Below the pieces are notes generated by a model. It had not been told where the DNA came from. It saw only the letters and a list, made by a program, of their open reading frames with translations, and ran no database searches. The position numbers and the translations under genes are program-made. Below are positions 12,006 through 25,526 of a DNA stretch of 64,000 nt, one piece after another. This stretch comes from Squalus acanthias (lineage: Eukaryota), in NCBI GenBank assembly GCA_030390025.1, contig CM059446.1, positions 12,710,001 through 12,774,000 of the forward strand, in the 5' to 3' direction. Within the stretch, counting starts at the first letter, position 1, and each line of letters begins with the position of its first letter.

Positions 12006-13754
12006 CTCTCAGTAGGCAATGCTGAGAAGGCTGTCATTATTGCCCATTTCAGGCTCGAAGGGCCGAATCTCCTACTCCTGCTCCTATTTCTTATTCCTAG
12101 TTGCCCTGTGACTGTGAGGATGGTCTTGGGATAATTCAATAATAACAACTTGCATTTATATAGCCTTTAACGTAGTAAAACGTCCCAAGGCGCTTCAGAG
12201 GGCATTAAGGGTCAGCCATGTAGTTTGTGACTGGAGCCGCGTCTAGGCTGCACAGGGTGGCAGGTTGGAGATTAGTGAAGCAATCGGGTCGCTGCTATGG
12301 TCATTTTTGAAATAATCGAAGAGATGCTGTTTGCTTATTTTGTAATATCTCGGCACCAGTTTTGCTGGAGTTGTATAAAATCTGAGCTATAATTTACCAT
12401 GTGTCTTTGAGGGTTGTGTACATTTAGGGCTGGATAAAATGGACTTTAATCCAATCAGACAGTTGGTTGCTGGTGTGTGTGACACACAGACAGGAGTAAC
12501 CAACTGTGTAACAGGACTAAAGTTATTGCTTTATTTGTACTATAGAACCGCTTCAACTTGGCAATTTGTTTTTGACTGTAATACTGTTTCCAATTGCTGG
12601 TGAGCAAAAAGAGAATGCAATTCTAGCATGTGCGGACAGCCAGAGTCTACCTATGTTTAAATTGCAGCTGTGAAAACCATCTCTTTAGCTTTGTCTCGCA
12701 GCTTCCAGTGCTGCAGGCATCAGCACTGAAGGGTAAATGCATCGCACCATTTTCCTGTGGTTTACTGCATAATTACATTGCCCATTAGTGTAACAAAAAA
12801 TGTTACTTTATACACGTGGAACAGTTTTACTAGTTTAAACAGAAGAAAATGCACAGTTTAAGACTGCTCTATTTTCCTCCCCATTCATTGTCAGACTAAA
12901 GCCTCTGGGGTATCTTTTTATTTCTTAAGCTCTTATTACGAGACCTAGAATCACCATGAAGTACTCTGTTCGGAAGTCTGATCATTTTTATATCAGCTAA
13001 ACATTATTTTAAATGTACGATTTGCTCATCATAATCACAAAAGCTTTCTGAAAAGTTACTATAAGGATTTACTTGGCAGCCATAGTCCTGCTGTCTTCAG
13101 TTCTCTTAAATCCCTGAACTGTGATATATATATAATTGCATAAGCTAAAAAAATGTGTGCTATGTTTAAAAAAAAAAGTAAAGTTTAAGTAAACCACCTC
13201 GAGAGAGCCAGAGATATGTTTGACATTTGATTTAATTCCTCTGTTTTGAAAATATTGCTGGAAGATATCCAGTGGTGTTATTCACATTGAGTCAGAGATT
13301 ATGTTATTCCGGGGCAGAGGCGGGCACAATGCACACCTGGAGTGAAAGTATTTGGAAGGAGGTTTGTAAGAATTCTGCCTAGAGACAGTGAAGCAAGTGT
13401 TTTGATTGATTCCTGAAAATAAATAACTAATGCTTTTGTACCCACTGTAGTATGATAAAGAACTAGCTCAAACAGCTGCATAATTAAAAACTTGAAGCAA
13501 TCATTATTTAAAAATTCTTGATATTAACAAAATAAAACACAAGTCCTGTAAATATATTCTCTACTCTTGCATGCACACTCTCTCCAAATCCCTCTGAAGT
13601 AAAAAAAAAATAAGTACTTAATAATAGGTTTGCTGTAAAACTTTACTCAAAAAGCCTTTAAAATTCATTTCCAGCTTGTTTTCAAGTAATTTGGAAGGAC
13701 AAATCAACTTAAATACTTCAGTTGTATGTTAAATGTTATTTAATTTTAAATGTT

Positions 13755-14092
13755 ATAGGCTGACAGATTTAGATTGTTGACCTATTTCCACTGGTGAGTT
13801 GGTAACTAGAGAGTATAAATTTAAGATCATCACCAAAGGAATGAAGAGAGAAGTTAGGAGTATTGTTCGTTATGCAGAGTATGGTTCGGACATGGAATGC
13901 CCCACCAGAAACAATTATGGACGTAGAATCCATGATCGCTTTTATAAGGGAAGTGGATAAATATTTGAAAAAGAAAATAAGAGATGTAGATGAAGGGCAG
14001 GGGAATGGGGTTAACTGGATAGCTCTTTCAGAGAACTGATGCAGGGACAGTGCACTTAATGGTTAAGTTCTGTGCTGTAAAACTCTGATTCT
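13755..14092 (+). mobile_element. Degraded CR1 3' fragment
   Basis: aactagagagtataaatttaag, atggaatgcccc and gggaatggggttaactggatagctct as in other CR1 tails here. Confidence 0.7.
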
Positions 14093-14161
14093 AAAAGGGA
14101 CAAGAATAGATTAGGTCAAACAAAAAAGTAAAATTAGAGTAAGAATGAGAGAAAATAGGGT

Positions 14162-14325
14162 CAGGAGTTCCCACTAAGCTGCGCAGTCGCGCAGCAGTCT
14201 GGAGGTCCCGCGCAGGCTGCTCACTGGCTTTACAATGAAAATAACCACGCAGGCACGAAAAATTGAATGGGTGGCACAGCCAATCCAAGGGCCCGCGCAC
14301 CAAACAAAAATTACATGGAACATTG
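14162..14325. mobile_element. hAT-type MITE, inverted relative of 9100-9266
   Basis: gttcccactaagctgcgcag...gctcactggctttacaatga...ggaacattg is the reverse complement of the 9.1-kb element. Confidence 0.7.
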
Positions 14326-14657
14326 GTCAAGAGTATCCGGGAAGAAAGAGAGGATAGGGCGAGCAAAATCTAAGTGCTTAACTTTGACTGTTTGTTTAAT
14401 TTTTTTAATTTACATTGTACATTTTTGTAGTATAGGATTAATATTCTACTAATAAAGATATCCATGACAATTTGGCAGCTTTACTTCTGTGAAGATGTTT
14501 CTTTCAACATGGCAATCCAAGAACTGAAACTGAAGAAACCATCTGGCCCAGCAAGATTGTCATTTTCTTGGATCTGCTGGTTGTCTCGAGGATAAGACTT
14601 CAGAATCATTTATAATGCTGAAATGTAATATTTGTGGAAATTCACTTGAAACATAAA

Positions 14658-15351
14658 GGGCTGGATTTTGTCTTGGGGTCGGGTTGGGGTCGTGTAATCC
14701 GCATTTCGTGTTTCCCCCCCGACTCCAGATTAATGTGGATGCCTGATGCAATTTTCACTTAATTGGGCAATTGAGTTGGAGCATGTGGGAACCCATGAAC
14801 TAATTAGTGTTTTCAGTCTGAAAGTCGCCTCTGATGATGTCATCATTGCTGACTGCCTAGTCTCAGAGACTGTTGGTGAGAGAGGACCTGCCGAGAGAGA
14901 GAGAGAGAGAGATTTTTTTTTTTGCCAAGCAAGTCCTCCCAGGCAGTCTCTGAAGACATTCAATGCAGCAGCATCAGAGGCGACGTTCAGACCTAATACT
15001 ACTACCTTCATCACATCTCCGTTGTAATAGTCGACCTGCAGCTGATAGTCAGCTATCCACTTGTGCTCCCGCCAGGTTTCACTGGAGTGTTTCACACCAG
15101 GCGTGCTTCACGTCAGAAGAGGGTTAAACTAGCGACAGCGTTTCAAAATGGCATTACAGAGCCAATTTACAGCTTGTTAAGGGCTTTAATGGCCTCTCCC
15201 GCCTCTTGAAGGCGGGACGGAGTCGGGAACCCCGCGACTGATTCTGTCAAAATTGCGTGGAGGCGGGATGGGGTCGGAAACCCCGACCCCGCAAATTTAA
15301 CCCCCCACACGCCTCCAAACCCGACTCCATGGGTCATTCAAAATCCAGCCC
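14658..15351 (+). mobile_element. MITE of about 695 bp with 12-bp TIRs GGGCTGGATTTT
   Basis: gggctggatttt ... aaaatccagccc; homologous in opposite orientation to 53473-54168. Confidence 0.85.
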
Positions 15352-15643
15352 ATGGTCCATTAACTTGTAATCCAGCAATTCGTTCTTATCAGTCTTCCAG
15401 GAAAGCTCTTTGTTTACAGATGATTCATCTTTACATTGAAGTATGAGAACAGAGGTCACTTTTTCTGAAGTAAACAAGTACATACTTAGCTTGAAAAGTG
15501 GAGGCCGTGCTTTTAATTAATTGTAAATTATTTACAGTGATTACATTCTAAATTTGTTAACCATTAAACAATAGGTTAGACCGGATACCTGATGGTGCAA
15601 CAAGAAAATCCTAGTTCCCAAAACACTTTTTTTACTCCTTCAG

Positions 15644-15827
15644 CACATTGCACAGTCGCCTGCGAAATGATCAGTCTCAACTCAAGGAAGAAATGGAGGT
15701 CATCAGGAGGGAGAACACCCAGTTGCTACGGGAACACAATCATGTACAACAGACCTGTGAGGAGCTGAAGAGACTCCATGAGGAGGATCAGAAAGAGATC
15801 ACTGACCTACGCAGCCAGCAGCAACAA
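15644..15827 (+). CDS. DLG5: DLG5 coding exon, (H)TLHSRLRNDQSQLKEE...DLRSQQQQ, coiled coil
   Basis: Pyrimidine tract + cag acceptor, caa|gtaggt donor; 184 nt, phase 2-0; matches human TLHSRLLSDQTRLK...LRAQQQQ. Confidence 0.94.
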
Positions 15828-16727
15828 GTAGGTGTTGAGCACATGCTCTCTTAGATGTTTTTCATTACAAATCAGCTGAGTTTAAAGCTGAAGCACATTC
15901 TTCTGAATTGTATGATTAAGGTGGTCTCTCAATTATCTTCTGTTTATAATGAGTTATATTTCTGAACTGCTGGGAGCAGACATTTTGTTTGGAATTCCTT
16001 CCCTTCGCCATGTGGTGACAATGAACAGGAACCATGGGCAGTGGACAGCACAATGCCCCATAAGGGGTTTGGGGCTGTTGTATGGAATGCTTGATCTTAG
16101 ACTGCCACTGACCACCACTGTTACCTAGCAATAAGGCACAACCAAAACACCATAATAAGTCTTCAGATACTTTCCTTTGGAATGCTGAAGGTTTATTGAC
16201 AGTTTGGTCTGGGGTATGGAACGTCGTTGTGATGTTTACTGTGTTTCTACTCTGAGCCAGCAAGGTGGAGCACAGTGAGGCTGGAAAATGGATTACAGTG
16301 GAAGGGCCCAAGGAATGGAGCACTGAGAGACCAAGGAGTAGGGTACAGAATTTTAAAATTAAATCCAGTGCACCACAAGGTTTGTTACGGCTTTCCTTTT
16401 GCTAGCTTGTTAACTGCTAAAACAAACTCACGTAACTCACCACAGCAGTAAAAAAAAATCTTTAGCTACACACAATTTCCATTACAGCTGCCACCCAAAC
16501 TGCTCTAAAAGGCCCACTAGTTCCATGTTGGGAAGTTAACATAGCTTGCTTGTCCACCTTTCGACAGAGTTTGCCTGTTGAGTAGTGCTGAGCGCATGGC
16601 ACACTGCGGTATTTTGAGGATTTGAATCCTGAATCTGATTTCCAATCAGAGGCTGTATCTGGGAGAGTTTTTGTTTGTATAGTTAGAACACTTTAAGTGA
16701 TGATTGACAGCAAGACTCATTGTTTGC

Positions 16728-17088
16728 TGTACAAGATGCACTGCAGCAACTCACCAAGGCTTCTTCGGCAGCACCTCCCAAACCCGCGACCTCTTCCACC
16801 TAGAAGGACAAGGGCAGCAGGCGCATGGGAACACCACCACCTCCAAGTTCCCCTCCAAGTCACACACCATCCTGACTTAGAAGTATATCGCCAATCCTTC
16901 ATCGTCGCTGGGTCAAAATCCTGGAACTCCCTCCCTAACAGCACTGTGGGAGTACCTTCACCACACGGACTGCAGCGGTTCAAGAAGGCGGCTCACCACC
17001 ACCTTCTCGAGGGCAATTAGGGATGGGCAATAAATGCTGGCCTTGTCAGCGACGCCCACATCCCATAAAGAAATGAATTAAAAAAATA
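16728..17088 (+). mobile_element. Non-LTR retrotransposon (CR1/L2 group) 3' fragment
   Basis: SFIVAGSKSWNSLPNSTV...FKKAAHHHL is typical of an ORF2 C-terminus; A-rich end. Confidence 0.8.
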
Positions 17089-19224
17089 AGCACTAACCCC
17101 AGTTTGAGCTCAAGGAAGTGGGCTTAAACTGTATTTTGGGAGTTGCAGTTAACCAGAGTAATACCGGTCCATTCTTGGAGTTCTGCATAGGATGACAATG
17201 ATGCATTCTGGAAGTTGTTGTCCACTACCTGGTTGAGCCTCCATGGATGATGCAAACTCTTGGAATGTAACTCAAGTTTCCCGGATCCAGAGCAGGATTG
17301 AGGTGGGAACAATTCCAGAAATGTCAAAGACAGAAAAGGTAACCCTGTGGGTAAACCACAAGACAGTTAATTAATTCCATTTTCTGTTATGACTTTGTAA
17401 GAATGCACCATAGCCTTTTTAAAAAAAAAAAGCCACCTTTTCCAATGGGCGCAGCTACCTTTGGAACTATAACAGCTTTAAGAAAAACCTACAGCATCCT
17501 GAGGATCCTACAGTTAGGAGAGAAAAGGTGATGGGCAACATCTATTCAGTTGAATATAGGTACCTGGACCAGGCAGGTGGAAGACTGGGAGCTGCTGGAA
17601 CGCATGTGAGTGAATTCGAAAATGGAGGGTCAGGGGAGGCAGAGGCCCTCAGTAAACAAGGGGTGGGTAGGGCTGGCATGGCCTTGGCTTGGCTCATGGG
17701 AAACAGTGAGTGCATGAGGATAAGGCCTGGAAGGAAATGGGGAAGGGGTTGCCGTCTGAAAACGCTGATGGGGGTTGGGGAATAGAAGATGTGCTTGTCG
17801 TGGCTTGGGAGCACTCAGTGAGGCTGAGTTCAGTAGTCTGAGTCCAACCCGCCCCCCCAAGTGCCCTAACCTATGTCATTAAAAGCTTTGCATCTAACAC
17901 GGATCCAACACATCTTGAGTCTTGTGTGTCACAGCTCAGAAGTTGAGATAGGACAAAACAAAATTGTGTAGTTACTATCACTGATATTTAATTCAGTCAC
18001 AGAGCAGTAGTTTTTAAGTGCACCATGCTAATTGGCTCAAATACCACTGCCATTAATTTACCAAAGGTGAAAAAATACTACCTAGCGGCAACTAAGAAAA
18101 AAAAATTTGCTCAAAAAAGGCTACCAATCAGGAACCAGCACAAAACAAACTACTTAACTCACTCAAATTAAAAATACTTTCAGTGGCTACTCTTCCTCAC
18201 ACACCCCAGTACACACAGACTTAAAAGATACATTTATACAAAAATAATTATATGAAAAATTATGATTTTTTTTTTTAAGAAAACCTTGACTTTATCTCTA
18301 AAGTTGTACGTTAAAAAAAGTCTTCAAGACGTTTCCGCCACACATGCCAGCCCGTTTCTCTGGGGCCTGGGCTTGAGTTCTGCTCTGTACTCAAAGCTGG
18401 GCTTTGTCAACTGAGTCTTCGTCCTGGGGCCTTGTAGTTCCTGTTGACGTTCTGTGCGTGTGTGAAAAATCCTTCATCGATTTTGTAATTTTCTTTCCTT
18501 TCCTGTGGAGCTGCAGTATCAAACTCCGCAACCACTCATATCACATGACAAACAAGTGGAACATTTACAAGTATCTCATAAGGAGTGAAAAGCAAAAAAA
18601 AGCAATATGATTCAATTTTTGTCAATATTCTGTACAGCATTTGTTGACAAATTCTCTCTCTGAATGGTACATCACGACAGCTGTCAACTTCACTCCTCAT
18701 CTGCAGAGCTATGAAATCCAGAGTGCAACCAAATAATTCGTGTAGCATGACCACCAGGCAGAACATTTACAAGTAACCACCCAGAGCAAGTAGCAGCGGT
18801 GGGGGGGAATTCACCTACATTTTCTATGATACATCGCTGTCTCACAAAATGCAGTTTAACCTTTATACAGTTTAATCCATTATGTAAAAATTCTGAACTA
18901 AAATGATGATGTTTGCCCTTGGGCAGGAGAGGAATGTGTAGGAGTTGCTTTGATGTTGAGTTTGGACATTGTGCCTCAAGTTGGTCAGTCAGCCAACCAG
19001 ACCTTGCTCATAGCAAGTGGTGACCTGCTGTATTGATCATTTGAGACTCAACTGTAGGAAAGAACATTCCTGGTTCCAGTGCACCGACCACAGCTTCAGC
19101 TAGAACTGTGAATCCACCGTGGTAACTAAGAGGGAGAATAGATATCATGTAAGTAACTGAAAGAGGCAAGGTTTTAGGGAGGGAGAAGGATAAGCAAATG
19201 AATAAAAATACTTACAACTTTAGC

Positions 19225-19625
19225 AGTCTGACTTTGCTGGTAGCATTCTTGCCTCTGAATCAGAAAGTTGTGGGTTCAAGTCCTATTATGGACTTAAGCA
19301 CATACTGTAATATACTCTGACACTTCAAGTACTGCATTGCTGAAGGGACTTTCGTTCAGATGAGACGTCAACCAAGGCTCCATCTGCCTGCTCTGGTACA
19401 CTTAAAAAAAAATCTTGCGGCACTATTCTCCTTGCTGTACTTGACCAACATTGCTTCCTCAACCAGCAGCACCAAAAACAGATTATATTATTGTTTGTGG
19501 GACCTTGCTGTGTGCAAATTGGCCACCATATTTGCTCGTTGCATTTCAAAAAGTAATTCACTGGTTGTGGAGTGATTTGTGACAATTTGAAATCACAATA
19601 AAGCATTATATAAAGACAACTTCTT
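19225..19625 (+). mobile_element. Degraded full-length Deu-domain SINE
   Basis: gcctctgaatcagaaagttgtgggttcaagtcc head and ttgtttgtgggaccttgctgtgtgcaaattgg Deu domain. Confidence 0.8.
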
Positions 19626-19786
19626 CTTCCTTTGCATAGCAAATACTATAAATCCACCATGGGAGGCAAGACAAAACATATATGCTGTATATAATATTGA
19701 TAACTGAGAATAAAGAGTTTTAAGAAGGGAAGATTGAACTTTTACTTGCATCTGAAGCAGGTTTTGCAAAGCGATAAGTGAATAGT

Positions 19787-19886
19787 AATAAAAACAGAAA
19801 ATGCTAGAAATACTCAGCAGGCCAGGCAGCATATGTGGAGAGAGAAACAGAATTAACGTTTCAGGTTGAGGATGACCTTTCGTCAG
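19787..19886 (-). mobile_element. Short Penelope-like 3' unit with hammerhead core, ~13-bp TSD
   Basis: agtgaatagtaat (19777-19789) / agtaaatagtaat (19885-19897); minus strand reads ctgacga-a-aggt-loop-acct-gaaacgtt. Confidence 0.8.
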
Positions 19887-22800
19887 TAAATAGTAATGTC
19901 TGTGAGGCCTCTTTCAGTGTCGGTAAGGTATGCAATATTTTCAACTTGTGTTACTTTGCTGCGTTACAATGATGGATGAACCACTGTTACGTTTAGATTG
20001 AGTGGGGCTGTGATAACCATGAGAAACCACACTCCAGTTCAGCGAGTACCCTTGCACATTGCCATGGGAGATCTCCTTGTATTCTTATATCTTACTGCAG
20101 CCTAAGTGCATTTTTCAAGAGCCAAATGTTGTGATCCATCATGAAAAAGGCTTTATTTTTCTAATTGTGTAACTTGATAAATTTGAATTTCAGTGGTGTT
20201 ATGTATCTGCCAGACACTGCCAAGTATAGCCACTTTAGGACTTAGTAGAATCCTGTTCTTTGTGAAAGGGGTTGAATAATTCAATACACCATTTTTGTAG
20301 AGGCTGAATAATGGGAGAAAGAATAGGTTTGCTTTCTATAAAGTGTCAGGGAAGATCGGTACACAATGGGCAATGCATTAATTTTAAATCATTCTTCCAT
20401 TATACAGTCTGATCTATCAAATTGTAATTATCCTTTAAATAATTCATTAAAGAATGATGCTTATTCTTTAGTAATATTCTACCTGAAGTCATTTTAATAA
20501 AATCTTAAACTTTTACAAAATAATCTGTTCACATGCATTTTTGACTTTTTTTAATGGCTTCTATTTTTTTTTTAAGTGTTTTTCCTTTTTATGGTGTTCG
20601 TGTGCCCAACACTATTCTGCATTTACTGCCTATATTCCTCGTCCATCTCAAATATGTGCTGGCTAAATTTAGGATTTTGCTGTGTGGCAACAACAGATAT
20701 AAACCTGAGTTCCATCCTCCTCGTTATTCCATGAGGAGTATGTCAGTATACCGGTATCAGCTCCACCTAGAGATTATAGGTGTTCAGAACCACGTTGTGA
20801 AATATTCAAGTGGAAAATCAGAAAAATCATTCCAGAGAACAACTTTTATTTTTTTTCTTTAAGAAACTGGTGATTTTACCTGGGAGAGGTTAATGGGATG
20901 AAATTTGCATGCAGAATTTGCTCCCAGTCCAATTCTGTCACTGTATTTTGCATAGTGAGCCTTGCATTTAGTGCAGTTTCGCAAATCAAATCAGAACCCC
21001 CCTCCATGCTAGGCCGCTCCGTGACGGCTGTGCGACCTCGAGTGACTCCATTGGAAACCAGTCCAGGAGCCAATCTGGACCCATATAACCCCGAGAAATT
21101 GTACTACCGTCCGTGACACCTAGCAGGGAGGGAGACACGACTGCAGATCTCTCTGCAGCTGACAAAATTCAAAGACATCAAATTAGATTCTTGTAAGTAC
21201 ATTATTTTTTTTCTCTAAAATGGTGGAGGACCAACAGACAAGGACCTGGACTTTCCTTCCCTTTGTACATTAAATATGAAACTCTGCATTTGAACAAATG
21301 GGTATTTCCTGAATTCCAGACGGTGATTATTCTGAAAATGCAATTTTTTTGGAAAGTATACATTCTGATAAGTATGTTCCCTGAATTTTTGACTTAGTTA
21401 ATCAATGAGGAAGAAAATATAAGGGGGATATGTTTATTTGCATTACATTTTTATTAGTGTAGTGATCTTTGAAAACCATCAGGTGATTTTCAAGTCTTTT
21501 TATCATTGTCATGAATGCTAATAGTGTATGAGCTGAAGTAAATAGAAAGCTTTACTTGGCTTGATGTGTTGAAACGTATATGAAATAAATAGGGGTAAAA
21601 CTACTGCCTTTAAGGTTGACTGATAGTGAAGGGTGGTGTTTTTATCCCTGATAGTGATGCATCAGCTTTGTTTTTTAGAGGAGCTGTAATAGATGACTTT
21701 TCCCTTCAGGCCTGAGACACTTAAAGGCCAAGGGAATGATTGAATAAAGCCTGCTTATTCAGGTTCACAGCTTCTATTCATGTAGGACAATGCTACTTGT
21801 TTGATGAATGCTTTTTAAGTTCAGATTAGAAAAAGAAAGCCTTTGCAAATTGAATGAAGTGAACATTTTGGAACTATATATAAACATTTAGCTGACACAT
21901 CTCCAAGGGGGAGATTTTATAGAAAAGTTCATGGTTTGGAAAGAAAGAACTGAAGCAGCGATGTGGCAAAGGTTCTTGGAAATGTTAAGTCCACGGTTCA
22001 TTTGATGCAAGAAAAGAGCTTAGTTTGTAAAACCAGCCTCTGTGCGTTAAAATAAGCAAAAGTGTGAGTGGAGCTGACTTTGTTTGACTGTGAAAAACAA
22101 TTCCTGAACTCCAAGTTAAAACTAAACCTTAGGAATCAAAATCAAAGTTTGTGCAAACAGAGTAACCACTTGACAGGCGTGAAAGTCAAAGGTCACTGTG
22201 AACCACACAAGCGAAGTTTTGTCCTTCCAGAGTTTGTTTTTCACATGTGGAAAGTTTCTGAAGTTACAGGACCATTTATGTTTTTCAATGCTTAATATGT
22301 GCATAAATTAGATTTTTTATAAATGCAAGTTCTTAATGCGAATTAAATCTTACCAAATTTGAGTATATACAGTAACTAATGTGCAGTGCACATGGAGGAT
22401 AACTCACTTATAAGTGTAAATACAGAATTTGCAACACATGTGAATAGATCGTCTTTGATTAGTTTGCAGTCGATTATTTTGAAATTGGCACTTACTGTTC
22501 TGATACCATGCAAAGCAACACTAACGCACGGACCTATTGACTCTGTTGCACGGTTTTCTACTAGGTAGAATTATTTAATTTTGTCCAAAAGTTTTTTTTT
22601 TCAAGTTTACCTTTGTGATGAAAAAAGAAACGTTGACTTATTTATACCACTGCACAGCTAGTATACTTCAATAGTGAACAGACAGACTAGCAAATTGCTG
22701 CATCAGCATGTAATATCTCCATGGCCTTCCACTACTTGAAAAGTGAACATCCATTGCTGCTGTACTGGAAGGCTTCTACCAAAGCATTGTGCCTCGTCAC

Positions 22801-23611
22801 TGTTTGGGAGAATCCACGAAGCCAAAAGATTTAGTTGAAGGGATTGCATGGAACTAATGAGTGTATCTTTATGATTTCCTAAGCCTCAGAACCAGTTATG
22901 GAATTAGAGCGCATCTGCTATATGTAAGATGAGTACAAACATCTGGCTCCATCCAACTTGAGATTGATGGTGTGGCTATTGAATGGGACAAATCAGTCTC
23001 GCGATTAAAACTCCAGATCCTGTTTTCTGTTGTAGCTCCTAAGCCTACTGTGCAGAAGTTTTATGACTTATAATCTTCCACTCCCTGTTAGTTAACATCA
23101 GGATAAACCAAACATAAATACAGTACTAGTTATAAAATTGATAACTTTCACATATATTTCCTCTCAAAGGAAGCGTTCAATGCTGTAGAAGTAGTAGTTT
23201 TGATTTCTACAGCACAGAGTCCATCTTTATTATCGAATATATCTAAAACACTCTCAAATGTTGCAATTTATTAACCTATTTAAAGCAGAGTTGTATTTTC
23301 AAGTTAACCTGCAAATTGTTACATAATGCACAGTGCTCTGAAAACCAGATTTCCTGATTAAATTGTAAACAAGTTTCCCCTCTCAACCCCTTGAGACTGC
23401 AATTGTGTTTGTTTTCAATTTCCTACTTTCTAGTTCCACTATGATTTGCCGAATAGACCTGACCGCTACCTGATTTATGGTTCAACATCTTCTACTTGCT
23501 TTTTGTTTTTTTACGCCACATCCCCAATAGATCTTATGCACCTTTAACAAGCAAGAGTATGGCAGGTGCATCTTGAGATTTAAGTAAATACTGCTTACTA
23601 AAGAATAAATT

Positions 23612-23861
23612 AACTTGCATTTATAAAATGCTTCATTGCATCTCAAGAAATGTTTCAAAGCACTTCACATAAATTGCTTTGAACTGTTATTATGTAGTTT
23701 CGTGTGGTAGCCATTTTGTGCACAGCGAGGTCTCAAACGGCAAATGAATGAATGACTAATTGATCTGTTTTTGGTGTTATTGATTGAGGGAGGAATGCTG
23801 GTTAGGGCACTGGGAAAACATCCTGCTTTTCCAAAAATAATGCCGTGGAATTTTTTAACAT
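23612..23861 (-). mobile_element. Deu-domain SINE fragment
   Basis: acttgcatttata...gccattttgtgcacagcgaggtctcaaac...ttgagggagga is the reverse complement of the SINE body and tail. Confidence 0.7.
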
Positions 23862-24722
23862 AATATAATATAGTAAATGATGATGATCTCCAAGTGTTCA
23901 CTGGAAAAGACATGAATAACGTGCTTTCCCTAAACAGCGATAATCTAAGTAGAATTAACAAATACTATCTAACTGAGATGAAACTTTCAGATGAAACTTT
24001 TAGATGAAATAAAGGGCTGAAAGCAAATAAATTCCCAGCAATGGATAATATTTCTCCTTAAGTTCTGAGAGACAAGGAACGAGGTCTGTGAGGCATCAAT
24101 AGTAATTATGATGGAGTTGATTAACAGTAAGAAGGCCCAGTAGATTGGAACTAGGCTAATGTGATGCTCATTTTCAAAACGGTTAGCAAAATGCCCAGGA
24201 AACTACAAATCCACCCGTCTTGCATGAATAGTGGGTAAAATAATGGAATAGATTTTCAGGAATAACCTTGTGAATCACCTGCATGAATTACAGAGTAAAC
24301 AACAGCCAACATTGATTCAGACATTGATTTGGTGAAGATCCTGTCTGGCAAAACTCTGCAGTCATAATTATTATTGCTTCTCTGCGTGACACTACAGTGA
24401 CAGCTGGTGCTGACATCCCAGCAGGTTCTGAACTACACCCTTCATTTAGGTGGGTGGCGCAAGAAGGAAGACAAGGCAGCAAAGGAAAATCACTCCAGCA
24501 AAGAGACACGAGGGAAATCTAAGTCACGGGTAACAAAGAGAAAATCAAAGACTGAGAAATAGAGGAATAATCTAAGACGAGAGATATAAAGAGAGAAAAA
24601 CAAAATTGGAGTAACTGAACAGAGGAGTAGGTCACCATCCAGTTCCCACAAATGTAAATTTATTTCTGGATAGTAACTTGTGGGTTGGGCATTTCCCAAG
24701 GCTTGACTGTCTGTGAGGAGTT

Positions 24723-25033
24723 ACATAAGAAATAAGAGCAGGAGTAGGCCATTTGGCCCCTCGAGCCTGCTCCGCCATTCAATAAGATCATGGCTGATCT
24801 GATCTTGGCCTCAACTCCACTTTCCCGCCCGCTCCCCATAACCCTTGACTCCCCTGTTGCTCAAATATCTGTCTATCTCCGCCTTGAATATATTCAATGA
24901 CTCTGCCTCCGCAGCTCTCTGGGGTAGAGAATTCCAAAGATTCACGAACTTCTGAGAGAAGAAATTCCTCCTCATCTCCGTTTTAAATGGGCGACCCCTT
25001 ATTCTGAAACTATGCCCCCTCGTTCTAGATTCT
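24723..25033 (-). mobile_element. CR1 LINE 3' fragment
   Basis: SRTRGHSFRIRGRPFKTEMRRNFFSQ..WNSLPQRA followed by the 3'UTR. Confidence 0.92.
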
Positions 25034-25526
25034 AGTTGGAGAAGATTTTTTGCCAGAGGGCTTCCTAATTGGCTACAGGTCTTTGCTTTTCCCCTAATGA
25101 GATTGGGGGAAGGGGCGGTTGGTAAATGGGATGAAATTGCCAGAAAAGAGGGACAAACATGTATGGGCCTGATGGGCCTTTTCCTATATGTGTAAACTTG
25201 AAGATTTTCTTTCATTGGAATGTAACTGAGATGGGATGCGATAAAAGTCTAAACTCTCTACTTGCCACAAGGCTACCATCTAATATTTATTTGTTCTGTC
25301 TTAATCCATTTGTCACTTGACATGGGTTGACAGCATAGAATCCCCATGATTTGTGCTGCTGAATTAAAAATCTGACCCCGATCTCTTGTCGATGTCTTTA
25401 GTGGGAATTGAGCGTGTTCACACTGGTGGAGTTATGGATTCTGTGCTGAGACTAGGGGGCGGTTAAAGCACATTATTGGAGTGGAGTTGGGGAGCTTTAA
25501 TCTGAAATTGGTTGTTTCTGACACTA

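Noticed and set aside
14730-15095. Similar ORFs at 14.7 kb and 53.9 kb suggesting a duplicated small gene
   Set aside because: The similarity comes from two copies of the same non-coding MITE.
17384-18846. Possible solo LTR (starts tgttatgac, ends gtctcaca)
   Set aside because: No convincing terminal inverted repeat, TSD, primer-binding site or second copy could be established.
23975-24010. 13-bp tandem repeat agatgaaacttt(c/t)
   Set aside because: About 2.5 copies; ordinary slippage duplication.
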